A model generated the notes under the pieces. That model was not told the DNA's origin and searched no databases. It saw only the letters and a list, made by a program, of their open reading frames with translations. From Callorhinchus milii (taxonomy: Eukaryota): a stretch of 64,000 nt of DNA. The position numbers were made by a program, and so were the translations under genes. The stretch spans positions 100,318,001-100,382,000 of the forward strand of contig NW_024704742.1 in assembly GCF_018977255.1 (NCBI RefSeq), written 5' to 3'. Shown piece by piece: positions 50,201-62,868 of this stretch (the stretch's first letter is position 1; the number at the start of each line of letters is the position of its first letter).

Positions 50201-51830
50201 CACATGTACTCCAATCTTTGGCTTGGTAAAGTTCAGCTTCTTCACCATCTTGAAGTAATTCCTCTTTCAGACCTCTTGCTCAAAGAGAATGGCGGAGAAG
50301 TTGATATACCAGCAAGCCTCACTCACTAGAGCATCCACAACTGGTCCCACTGACCTGGATCCAGCAGAATATTCACAGTTGGTTTGTGCATTTCAACAGA
50401 TAGCATTAGAGTTCATGTTCTCCCTTTGTCATTTTGACCCACTTTTCATAGTCTGCACTCAGGGGGAAGGGAATAGAGGGGTATCGGAGAGGGAAAAAAT
50501 AATAAAAAGAGCGGAGGCTTAGTGGGAGTATAAACACAGATTAGTTGAGCCGAAAGGCCTGTTCCATGCTTAACTTTCTATGTAGTTTCTAGATTGTTTC
50601 TAAATCCATTGCACACATCCATTGCACGTCAGCTGAAAGAGTAGACTTTTATTTCATCCATTTGGCTGGATAATAACTCGACCCCAGAAATGAAAGGATG
50701 GTGTGCTAACCACTTCACAAATTTCTCCCCTTATTCTTTACTCCTCTCCTCATTCCAGTTGAGGTTCCAGAATCTTGTTGGTATTGTAAGCAATTCAGAA
50801 TTCTGGATTGCTTGAGTCGACCAAAGCATTGACCAAAGAAAAATCGCAAAGGTTCATGGACCTCTTCTTCAGCAAACTGCAGCTGTGAACCGTGAAAGCA
50901 TGTTTACAGAAGTTTCAACATCATTGTTGATAAGACATTGTTGTTGGCTACAAAGTGGACTTTCTCAGACTTTTTCATACTTGTTTAAAACAAACTGCTG
51001 GAATCTTGATAAAGGCGAGGAGACGTTGATGATTATTGAATATCGGTAACAGGAGGAGACGATTTACAAAAAGATGTTTTTTTTGAGCTGTTGGCTAGAT
51101 GTCTTTGCAAGGTAGATGTTTCTAAAGGAAAGGAGCGGAGCTGAATTTGAAAAAGGTGCGAAGTTGAGTTTTGGAAATGGAGTACCTAACAGTAAATAAT
51201 ATCGAGAAAAAGAAGAATATACTACAATCAATATGGATTAACAAGGTGATTCCTCAAGAAAGCCACTTTATTTAGTCTGATCAATTAATTGCAGTGAACT
51301 TTATTAACCTATTGTAAGCATTACTTTGATTTGATGAATCGTATAACTTTGATATGCATTATTTAACTAATTTGTATTAATAAATATCAATTGATTGAAG
51401 AATTTGCATCGGTCCTCACTTGACCGCAAGGTCACAAATTTATTTAACCCTTACAGTCTCTTGTTCAAGTGCTCATCATTTGCAAGTTCAAATAATGAGT
51501 TGCAGTGGCTTATTTGACCATGTAGGTAATCACATCACATTTCCCCTCCGTCCTAAGCCCAATTGTAGCATCAAAAATGCTGTCCTAGCTGTGATCATCT
51601 AACCTGCACTGAGTTTTTGAGTTGAGTTGAAACAATTTACCAACATCTGAATTTAAACTCCAGTGTCCTGACTTGATCAAATCACCAAATCTATTCAAAT
51701 ACGGAGTGGAATCTAAGCATACAAGCCACGCTAGTGGTGCCTTTACACATTAGGCCGCCCTGCCAATCGTTTCATGACTACATGTGAGAATTTCTGACTT
51801 GTAAGTAAAAAAAAATTCCAGTAACAGTAT

Positions 51831-51836
51831 TTTATT
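51831..51836 (-). promoter_or_regulatory. Candidate distal PRDM6 polyadenylation signal
   Basis: AATAAA on the minus strand followed by a U-rich tract (plus-strand A run 51807-51815). Confidence 0.35.
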
Positions 51837-53762
51837 AAATATAATATGAAATAATATTCCACAAGTGCACAACTATACCAACACAGCAATATCAGTCAGT
51901 GTTCAATATTGGAAACCCCCTGAAGGTATTTCATTCAGAACTAATGAAGAAAAAACAGGGCATTTGTGTAGTCTACAATAATTCAATTCAGTTCTATAAT
52001 TAATGAATTATTGTGTCTTTTGTCACTCCCTGTAGCCGGGAGCGTTATACTATTTCAAACAAATGGGTTCATAATTAGTCAATAAATCTTGAGATTTCCA
52101 GGTAGTGGGTCTCATGCTTGTACTCTGTTGATGTAGCGTTCAGTAAATGTAACTTTAAACAGGCAGTAGTGTGAAGCAAATGACAATTAATCTTATAACA
52201 TCAAATATAATAAACACACAGTGAAATACTATGGTAATGACATCTTGTTAACACATTATACTGCATTGTCAAGGGGGATTTTGACCTCGCTTGTAAAGCT
52301 CCTTTCACCTCCATTATTTCTTTATTAGGTGCATTTTTTAATTGAGTTTTATTCAAATTTTAATATTCAAAGAATATTAAACAGCAAATTGTGTGTTGAA
52401 TAACTTCATGCAAAAGATGAACTGAAGCCATTTTTGTAGCATGTCCCTGAACAAACTAGGAAAGAGAAAATATCCTGAAAATATACTGGTACCAGTTTAT
52501 CCCCTTCGTCCTTTGTCCAGCTGCAGTGAAAATGCTTCCATTTTAGTCACAATTTCTTTCAAGTAAAACTGGTATGTTACAAGATTGCACCAAATGTGAT
52601 ACAGTATTCATTAAACGAGTGATAGAAATCATTGTCGTGGTATAGTCACAGTTTGCGTAGTAACAAGGAGCGTTTTGAAAAGAGGGGAGGTTGAATGCAT
52701 AGTCCCATTTTTTTTCTTTTCTGGTGTTATTATGTCTGTGAAAAATGAAGCACAAAGACAAGCAAAAAAAAACGAGAGAGAGAGAGAGAGCTGTTTTGAA
52801 AGGAAGTGTTTATTGATCAATAAATCACAGTCACTCTGTGTGACCCTAGTGACTTGACATTCTCAGGGCTGCAAAGAGCCTCTTCCATCCTGGAGCCCCA
52901 CCTCTTGGCCTGCCATCTTAATCAAAGCCACAAGGCTGCAAGTAGACATGGATTCGAGCCATTCCTTATCAGACCCGTAATAAAGAAAAAGAACCCTTCC
53001 TTTCATTTGCCTTGTAACGTGGGCCTTGTCACTGGATCCAGACACTGCATTCATTTTGGTGGTTAATCTCCGAGTTGCTCCATGCTTTTGTTTCATTTGG
53101 ATGGAGTTGGCATATAAAAAAACTACTTGAAATAGTATTCACCCTTAAAATGGCAATGTCTAGTCTGTATGTAAATGTTGCTTTAGCATTCGTTTTATTT
53201 ATGTGACCTCGTGATAGAATGACACATTAAGACACATGTACATGACACAAGTCATATCGAAGGAAAAAATCACTAAACCTTATTTTTGTTGGCACAGCTT
53301 GGTACAGTGTACTGCATTGAGTTTTTTCAGTGACTTAGTCCTTTTGGCACAGCAATAGAAACAATGATCCTGGAATATCTTCAAAAAGAATCAAAATGCA
53401 CCAGCTATAAAAATTTAATAATAAATGTTAGGAAAATATGGAAGTAATAAAGTTTCTAAATGGAAAAGAAACAACTTTTGAAGGGAATTAATAATGCTAG
53501 AAAGTTTCTAATTGATTGTTTATGAGCAATTGATAATTGGTAATCAATAATTGGTCACTGGCTAAATCACTCATTGCACTGTTGTACCTCAACTGCAACT
53601 TTTAGTGCTGCCCATCCGAATGAGACATGAGCAGTTATTTCTAGGTTAGTGATTTTGCAGCTATTTTATTTTAGTTTCTACAATTCTGCACTAATATCCA
53701 AAACAGTGTGGTGGACGCTGTGAGCAATAAACTAATATCACTTAGTGGCAGTGGCAAAAGTA

Positions 53763-54122
53763 TGGGGTGTTCACAAAGTCCTCTTACCGCCCACCCCCAT
53801 GTTATTTTTCTTACAATTAATTTTTATTTCCTGTTGCAGATGAGTCGAGTGTAACAATGTCTGATCCCAGTATCTTCCTCATCACTCCATCCATGTTACA
53901 GAAGATGTTACACCGAACATGGTGACGTATCATCATCGGCTATGAAAATGATGGGCGCTCACACCAATCCTCTGGACGTCTAAATACAGTTAAACACATG
54001 TGCTGAACACAATGAAGTACTTCACAATACAATTATCATCATTCTTCCACATGTTTCCGTTGTTGGTCAGTGCACTGTAGAAAAAAAACACATGAGCATA
54101 ACAGGACTTTGTGAACACCCTG
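53763..54122 (+). mobile_element. Internally deleted mariner-type DNA transposon
   Basis: TA|tgGGGTGTTCACAAAGTCCTcTTA ... TAAcAGGACTTTGTGAACACCCtg|TA; 24-bp TIRs (21/24); residual transposase-like C-terminus at 53881-53983. Confidence 0.85.
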
Positions 54123-56308
54123 TACAATAGTGTAACCAGCGCAGTCCTCCAGAGCCCACAAGGTTAAGTGGGCCTGACCCATTGGTGGGGGAGCAACACA
54201 TGTTCTATCACTCCCCATTTCGATATAACCGCATCACGTATAACCTTCACCAGGAGAGAGAACACCAGGAGACGGAAATGATAAAGTTAAGCAAAATTTT
54301 AGATTGTGACTCTGGCTCCCTGGGATATTGTTACGCCACTGCTTTGCGTTATAAATAACTGCCAATTGAATAAGGTATTTAGTGAATTAAAAGATTTTGT
54401 TCTTCTTCAGGACTTCTTTTAACTTGTTGGTTTGTTAAAGTGTTATGTTATCATATGTTATCACCAGCTTGGCAACCACTGGCTTATGTATGACAACCTC
54501 TGCCAACATTACAGTGGAGTTAAAACATTGTTATAGCAATGTTATTGCCATGTGTTTGTTGGAAAGAGAGCCTGCGATATAAACAGCGCTCTCTCCAGGT
54601 ATTCTCCTATACATCACACAGTGGTGAGACTCTAGCAAGGACTCTTTCGGCCAGATGTCTTACCACTCTGTGTGTATACAGTGGTTTGTCTGGAGAAAAC
54701 ACTACAGTATTTGTAATAATAATAATTGTTGTATTTACTATAGCACCTTATCACATCATCGATACATCTCAAACTGCTTCACAAGATAAAGTGAATCCAA
54801 GTGTGTATTTTGTGGAAAAATATGGCAGCAAATTGCGCACAGCAATTTCCATGTGTGCCACCTGCACATGATAATTTCCTCATGGCTTGAATGGATTGTG
54901 GATTCTCTCCCTGGCCGCACTCACCCTGCTTACCTTCACCTCCCACCCCAGCTCAGGTGTAGAGCCAGCAATGTCACGCGATTTGTGATGTGCTCCTGAT
55001 GCACTATAAATTGAAATTGTATTGTACCTAATTCAGGAGACTGTTAAATGCAGGTTAGCAAGACTAAAGATTTGATCACCCCAGAGTGTAGAGTAGCGAA
55101 TGTTGGAGTTTTAACAGCTGAGGCCACATAGTTTGCTATTGAGATCACTGTCTGGAAAGCATTTGGCTGCTTGTCCAGTTAGGACCATACTGCCCGTTAG
55201 GGCTTTGGCTTGCAGGATTAACAGTTGGAGAGGGGGAAAGAGATCCCACTTATGACCAGTCTTTAGTTATTAACCGTCTTAAATTATCACTTGGCCTCGG
55301 GAATCGCATTTAAGGGCTTGACAATTGTCACTGGTGATTATTGACACATCACAGGGAGCAATTTACACCCATAACTTGAGAGCACATGGAGGGAACTAAG
55401 AAAAAGGGGAAAGGGTATTGATTCCCATCTGGTTAATAGATGACCAATGTGCAGAATTTCCAGTCAACGTTACTCATAGCACCTTTGGCCACCAATGGAT
55501 TCCTCCATTATAAGCACACGTCGCCAAAGTCGCACGCATGAACACCAACCAGAATTTCTGCCCACAAGTGTGGGTTTTATAGCAAAAGCAACTTGAATCT
55601 TTCCCGTGTTTGGTTAACAAACCCACAAAGTACTGTGTTTCGTTTTTTTAGTCCCCGAAATGAACTGATGTGTTTATAGGCATTAATCATGCAGAGTAAT
55701 GTTACCAAAAGAAGCATTAACCCAAACATAGGCTGAATGATTATTCAACCACAGAATTTACAGTCAAATATTTGTTGCAACTCACTTACGCGATTCTGAT
55801 ACAGTGACTCTGGGAGACAGATGGACAACTCTTCAACCACAACAATACAGCTTCAACTTTATGTCACTTTTTTTTCCATAGTCTGCATCCATAAGTGATG
55901 TCTTTGCAAATGAAATGTAGAGGGGGTGCATACTCAATTAGGACAGTCAAAAGATACCGAAAATGTTGTTGTATTTTACAACGAATTTGAGACTCTTTAA
56001 TTCAAAATGCAAAGTCTTGCTTTTCATATCACCATCTAGACAGTAAGGTTAGAAAAAAAGAAGAGGACAGTCCACGTCCCTCAAGTCATGCTAAAAAGGT
56101 GCAATAAAACAATGTGCATTCTCGGTCATGACTGCGGGCTGCTGAAGCCACAAATTAATATTTTTCTTGCTTTGGTATTAAATAACAATTAAAAGGCTCT
56201 TAGAAATGTAATATATTCTGGGCATAAGAATCTACGCAAGTTTCCAATTCTTTGTCCATTGAATGAGTTGTATCTCTAGTCATAAATAAATAATCTCTTT
56301 TTCTGCTC

Positions 56309-56372
56309 ACTCTCTCTCTCTCTCTCAATTTCTTTCTCTCTCTCTCTCTCTCTCCCTCTTGCTCGCTCTCTT
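56309..56372. repeat. Imperfect (CT)n microsatellite in the PRDM6 3' region
   Basis: Visible dinucleotide run. Confidence 0.9.
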
Positions 56373-56538
56373 TCCCGTGCCAAGATCAATATCTTTTAAC
56401 GTCTTACTTATTTTATTACCGCTTTTGGTTTTCTGGGACTGATTGAAAGTTGCTCAGAGGAAATCTTTGGTTTTGCTTAAGTGTCCATGACATTTAATCA
56501 TGACTTTCCTTGCAGTTTAATTCCAGCCAGTCAATCAG

Positions 56539-56653
56539 TTAATCCACTTCAATTGATTCTGTGCTCTCTGTTATTGGCTTGCACTCGTTGGGCATCCGCT
56601 GGTGTCTGCTCAGCTGGGTGGCTTGTGTGAAGCTCCGATCGCACTTCTCGCAC
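56539..56653 (-). CDS. PRDM6: PRDM6 terminal coding exon (last C2H2-type zinc finger and C-terminus)
   Basis: Minus strand tctcattgcctccacag|G TGC...[43 protein letters not shown], recognisably the PRDM6 C-terminus. No upstream exon was seen before 64000. Confidence 0.95.
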
Positions 56654-58399
56654 CTGTGGAGGCAATGAGAAAATTGAGACAGGGAGCTACAGTGAGGGCT
56701 GATGGGCATTTTCTCATCCCAACTAATCTGAACAGACACTTAAAAGTGGCTGCAGATTTTACAAGGCTCCCGGGGTCTAATTGGTGGCTACTTCCCAGCC
56801 TTGATGCATGTGACGGGACAAGGTCTGCTTGATTCAGAACAGAGGGATCTGTCAATAGGCAGAGAGGAAGGTGATTTCTCAAGAGATGCCTGTCCTGTTA
56901 TGGCCCTGATCACTGTCAGTTCGAATAGATAAAGAACAAAAAGAGATTTTCAGGAGCATGCCATCAAAGGAGCATCCTGTCGGATACTCGAGAGCCCAAG
57001 GAGAAATTGATGACAGACTGAATCTCACCTTTCACTAATTCAGAAATCACATGGATGAGCTTTAAGTGGCACATTGGGCTCAGGAAAATGCTCTCAACAC
57101 TTAAATACAGAGCAGAGCTTCTTGAAATTGGAACCACAACAAGCTCTCAGATGTGGCTGATTTACTTGTTGCTGAAGAAAATGTCATTTTTAAAATATTT
57201 TCTATTTTCTCGTCCTTTCTGGTTCAAACCCATCTATTTTTTCTTTTTTAAAAAAATCTAATTTTCACAGAAATTCTTTGACCATGTTGTGATCCACTCC
57301 TGTTTGAATGAACAGAGGTTATTGGTATGTAAGTAATATTAGAAGAGAATTTAAACAGATAACCAACTGTTCAAAGATTTAAGAAGCTGCATTTAATCAT
57401 GACACAGATCTGTATAAAAAGGCCAATGCTATCAATATGAAAATAGATTATTGTTTAATAAGTGGATAAATACACATAGCACACATTAAAATCAAAGGAA
57501 CCTACTTTTTATGGAAGGTAATTTATTTTCCTATTAAAGTAGTTTCCTTTTTAAAAAAAATTGTACTGCAATTCAAACCAGTTCCTAACAGGGTAGAAAT
57601 GTGCCTTGGATTATGTGGAGGGCAGAAACTTACATTGAAGCTGGGCTTATGAATTATGTTTTATCTTATTTATCAATTGAAAGAGGGAAAAAAAGGAAAG
57701 AATATGGATTTTTATAGCACATTACCATGTCACAATGTCTCAATGTGCTTTACAATAATTATTATCAAATGTAGTGACTGTTTTGTAGGCAAAAACTGTA
57801 TATTGAATGTCTATGATTCAGAGGAGTGAGTTAATGTTGTGGTACTTTTCAGTTTCTCTATATGTTTGTGTATAGACAATACAGTGGAATTTACATTTAC
57901 ATGGTCCCTTTCACATCGGGGGCACATCCCAAAGTATTTGACACTGCTGGCTGAGCACTCAAGCTGAGGGGATGGGAAAGAGAAAGATGATCAAAATTGT
58001 AGCCAAGGAAGTCTGTTTTGTAAAACTACTGTTTACATTATTATGTATCGTCTTTACCCATGGACACTGGGCTCAGGAACCAGCAGAGGTTGAACTTGTA
58101 AAGGCTGCGTCACCAGTCTCTGCCTAGCCACTTGCCCTCAATCCCTCCGCGTTGCCCCCTCTTTCCCCATCTTCAGGTCAGCCCGAAGACCTTCCTCTTC
58201 GATTGTGCTTATGGTGCCCTCACCCCACCCTCTGACTCGGCGTCAGGCTCTGCCGTTGTCAAGCATTCTGAGACCCTACCCTGTGTGAGGGGCGTTGCAT
58301 AATAGCAAATTATTGTTGTTGTTGCTCATTTGCCTACATTTGAGTCTACACTCTCTGCTCAGCAGGAACTGGAGGTGAAGAGTGAAATCACCATCTATA

Positions 58400-58629
58400 G
58401 GAGAAAAAATCCACACATAGGTCTAGATTTACTTTATTTTTGTAGAATTTTAGGGCGTTCAGAATTTGGCAAATTTTTGAATTCAGTCTTAACTTTCAAA
58501 TCAGTTTTCTGTAGATTTTAAAAGAACCGGCTTCAAAATTAAGGCCGTTTTTAACAATTTTTCAAATTCTAGATATTCTAAAATGCTCTGTAAATAGGGT
58601 AAATATGGACCATAGTGGAATTTCTTCCC
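58400..58629. repeat. Fold-back repeat, copy C (most complete)
   Basis: Arms of ~115 bp align end to end with almost no spacer. Confidence 0.8.
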
Positions 58630-59965
58630 AGCGATTCCTTATCTTCATAAGGATAAGAAAATTATTCTCGAGATGAGTAGCATTTAAAGTACAATTCAAC
58701 AAGGAAACTTTTAATTAGGATTTTTACACAAAAAAATAAATCCTTATAGGGCACCTGAACCTCTAATCCTGATCTCAAACACAGCGTTTCAAGTATCTTC
58801 AACATGTGGACATTAAAGCATGGTTATAACTGTTATACTAGAGTTATTTATCACAACAATAACATTTCTGATCAGAAAAGTAATTGTGATTAAAAAGCTC
58901 TTTATATGGAAGTGCATTTGGTAAAGTGCTTCCCTTTCAGGGTAGGATCTTTTAAAAGATGCATTTGTAAACTGAGTCTCAAGCTCAATAAACAAGACAC
59001 AGAAAAGTAACATTAAAGATAAGATTGAATTCAACAATTTTTAGATCCTCTGAAATGCTACGTAAATAAATATTGACTTTGTTAGAATCTGTACCCAATG
59101 ACGGGCCTGAATACTGTATAAAGCATTGGGGTGAAAAAAGTGAAGTGTAAAGTGATAATTTAGCTTCTCAAATCTAAAAATATTGTAATTATGTCTTAAA
59201 AACAAAGTATAGACAAAGAAGCCACCAAGAACTCACTTTACAGACTAATGTGAGGTCAGGAACCTCGATGCAGAACCTCTCCTATTTCTGAAATATTAAT
59301 GTAGGCAAGAAAATTTTCCATAGAATAAGACACCTGGAAATCTCTCAGTCTCATGCACTTCCTAGCATTGTGTCCCTGAATAAATGAGATACAGCCTGGT
59401 TATTTGTCTAAAGGGATATCATGGCCTGTAAATCTCTATCACAATGGGGCCACTGCCTTAGCCAAAAACACTATCAGATTGATTGGGAAGATATAAGAAA
59501 ACTCAGTAAAGAGACTAATAAAAACGAGAGGTGATTTGTGAAAGCATGATGTAAGGAATTCACTAACAGGGCATCAAACAGGACAGAAACTTTGGACATG
59601 GCTCCTGGACATCTTTGATTCTTCAAGGCAAAAGTCTTTTACCAGGAAGGAATTTGTCAAAGCTACAAACGTTTGCCAAGTAACTTCAATATTTACAGAA
59701 TTAAACCACATATTTGTTGTTTGTGGCCCCAAGGGAAAATTTAAAGGCATTTTCCTGTTTGCAGCACTAGCTTTGAACAAGCACTTTAGATCTCATTGTA
59801 TTCCAATAAATCGTCATAGAATCCTGAATGTTATTAAGGGAGATATCTAACATCATTTGTCTCAGTGGCCCACATTACCATGTTTTATGCTTTGATGCTG
59901 CACTCATATTGCTGGGAGCAAAAATGTTTCATAGTGATGTGAAGCGGGAAGCCCAGTCCATATTG

Positions 59966-60760
59966 AATTGTTCAACAAAACTGAAGCCCTCCTCATTGGC
60001 TCCCGTCAGCACCTCTACACCTCAAGCACTGACTGCATCACCATCCAAGGATGCACATGCCACCTCACCAAGCTAGAGAGGAACCTTGGCATCTTGCTTG
60101 ACCCTCAACTGTCCTTCCTACCCCACATTTGTGCCATGACCCGTTCTGCCTTCCCCCACCTCTGCAACATCGCCCGGCTCCGCCACTGTCTCACACTGCA
60201 GGCTACCAAGACCCTGATACACACTTTCATAACATCCAGGCTCAACTATGCGAACTCTCTGCTCGTTGGCCTCCCCAACTCCTCCCTCTATAGGCTGCAG
60301 ATCTCCAGCACCAGACCACCAGAGGATGGGACCTTATCACCCCTATCCTTGCCCGACTCCACTGGCTTCCCATCACACGGAGGATACAGTTCAAGATCCT
60401 GATCCTCACCTTCAAAGCCTTCCATGGCCTTGCTCCTCACTACCTCTGCGACCTCCTAACCTCCTGTCAACCTGCCCGCTCCCTCTGCTCAGCGGGCTGT
60501 GGACTGCTTCACGTCCCCGTCCTTGCCCGCCCCACCATCAGTGGGCGGCGGGCCTTCTGTCACTCTGCCCCGACCCTCTGGAACTTTACCCCGCAGTCAC
60601 TCCACTTCGCCCCCTCCCTTGCCTCTTTCAAGACTCGTCTCAACACCCTCCTCTTCGACTGTGCCTTCGATCACCCTCCTTGCAAACACTGATTGTCCAA
60701 CAACTTGGGACATCCTCCCGACATGAAAGGCGCTATACAAATGTAATTTTGTTATTGTTT
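59966..60760 (+). mobile_element. L2 LINE 3' ~800 bp
   Basis: NKTEALLIG...RNLGILLDPQLSFLPHI...SRLNYANSLL; stem-loop tail; same subfamily as 29721-30920. Confidence 0.9.
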
Positions 60761-61055
60761 ATAATAAATAGTAATCCTTGCATTTGATATAGCGCATTTT
60801 ACGTCTTCTGGATGTCTCAAAGCACTTCACAGAATATACTGTAAAGTGAATTGACTGGATATTTGTGGGAGAAACGCGGCAGCCAATTGCGCAGTTGTGG
60901 ATTGAGTGATCAAAGTATTATTATTTTTTCTTGAGAGATTATTATCAGACATGTGAAATAAGGAAACTTGCCCAAGGTTTTGCCCTGCCAGGAATCAAAC
61001 CCAGGTCTCTAGCTTGCGAGGCAGGTGCTCTAACCACTGAGCTACAGAACTCCAC
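60761..61055 (-). mobile_element. tRNA-derived SINE, tail-to-tail with L2
   Basis: Reverse-complement match to the SINE family. Confidence 0.85.
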
Positions 61056-61273
61056 TATATTAGCATTAGTTTACTATATAGTTTTAGTTTTTTGCTAATC
61101 AGCAGTCCAAGAGTGATCTGGATTCACACCACTGAGAATTGTGTCAGGGGAAGAAGTATCAGTCTCTGACATATTCTTAATCAGTACATTCAGAATATCT
61201 AAATTTAAAGCGCATGTTTGATCCCTGTATTTACAATTATCTTCAATTAAACGAAGTTGCAAGTTCTACCTAT

Positions 61274-61746
61274 ATAATAATCCTGGCATTTGATATAACG
61301 CCGTTCATAATTCAAAGTGATTTACTGCAAAGTGTATTGTTCATGTAATTTGGTGGCAAATACAGCAGCCAGTGTGCGTACAACAATGTCCCACAAACAG
61401 CCATGAAGCAAATGTACAATTTTATCTAAACATTTTGCTTATTGTTACTTAAAGAAACATGAATGATTTTTGTTTAAGTAATAATTTTATTGTTGGGTCA
61501 GGAGACTGAGAAACTCTCTTCTCTTTTTGAATAGTACCATGGGATTTTTAACATCCACCTGAATAGGCAGATGGCACTACAATTTAATGCACTTTCAATA
61601 ATGTAAAGCTCTTCCAGTGCCTGGTATGGTTCTCTAATGTTGTTGAGAGTGTCTGCCTTGACTGTGAGTTGAAAGTTCCAATGTCTGGTTTGAACACACA
61701 GCCTTCTGACTCAGAGAGAAGATTGCTACCAACTGAGCCAGACTGA
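61274..61746 (-). mobile_element. Old Deu-domain SINE
   Basis: Head ends ccaactgagccagactga as at 7795-7811; core and tail present. Confidence 0.75.
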
Positions 61747-62293
61747 TATCTAAGTTTTGCCTTGAAACAATTTTTTTCCAGTTTGGTTATTAAATGAGAC
61801 TGTGGAGGGGACATTATTCCTGTAAAAGTTTCTGGTTTTACTTTAGCAAAACGACTGTCCTATCTTCTTTGTAGCTTTTGCTGGAAATAATTCGAAAAAG
61901 AAGTGATGAATATTGTGCCAAGAGTTCACCAGGGACTATATACTTTTGGTGCATGGTTTCAGTTCTGGTAAGACTGCTGTTACTCTCCATTTATATGAAG
62001 ATGTTTCATTTTGACAGAAATATTCATCATTCGTGAGCAGCACACTTCAATTTGAAGAACTGCAAAAAACAACTTTCAAATTACGACTGAACTTAAGAAT
62101 GTTCTAACAATCTGGTGATCTTATATTTTGAGATAATGGTCCTAAAACCATGTGAATGTTTGGGACACGGATAATAATTTGATGCAACATCTTGTCACAT
62201 TGAAACATCTCAAAAGGCTTTGCAGTGTTCTCCGCAAAATGCAATAACTTTGTGAAAGGCGCTATACAAATGTAATTTTTTGTTGTTGTATCT

Positions 62294-62507
62294 ATAATAA
62301 TAATAATAATAATCCTTGCATTTGATATAGCGCTTTTCACGTCGGGAGGACGTCCCAAAGCGCTTCACAGAACATACTGTAAAGTGAATTGACTGTATAT
62401 TTGTGGGCGAATGCGGCAGCCGATTGCGCACAGCAATGTCCCACAAACAGTCGTAGATTGAAAATGACCAATTTATTATTGTTTTGGGTTTTGGAGGGAT
62501 TATTATT
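62294..62507 (-). mobile_element. 5'-truncated young SINE
   Basis: Near-identical to the 3' two-thirds of 43397-43721. Confidence 0.9.
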
Positions 62508-62659
62508 GGGATAAATAACAACAGAATTACATTTGTATAGCGCCTTTCATGTCCGGAGGACATCCCAAGGTAAATACAACAAGGTAAAGCATCTTGGGAC
62601 GTCCTACTGATGTGAAAGGCATTATACGAATGTAATTTTGTTGTTGTTGTTGTTGATAA

Positions 62660-62868
62660 CGTGGGAACCAATTTGCACACAGCAATTTCCCACAAACAGC
62701 CAGGAAGTGAATAACCAATTTAACACGTGAAGGCACGCACCACAGACAATGCAACACTCTCCCAGCACTGCATTGGAGTGTCAACCTGGAATATGAGCCC
62801 AGAGTCCCAATTAGGGCTTGAACCTACAACCTTCTGATTCAAGCGGCCAGAATGGAGCCAGACTGACA
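62660..62868 (-). mobile_element. Old Deu-domain SINE fragment
   Basis: cagcactgcattggagtgtcaacctgga...gggcttgaacctacaaccttctgattc...gagccagactgaca. Confidence 0.65.

Noticed and set aside
56654..56882. 5' extension of the PRDM6 ORF and the overlapping ORFs
   Set aside because: Upstream of a clear acceptor; the translation has no zinc-finger pattern
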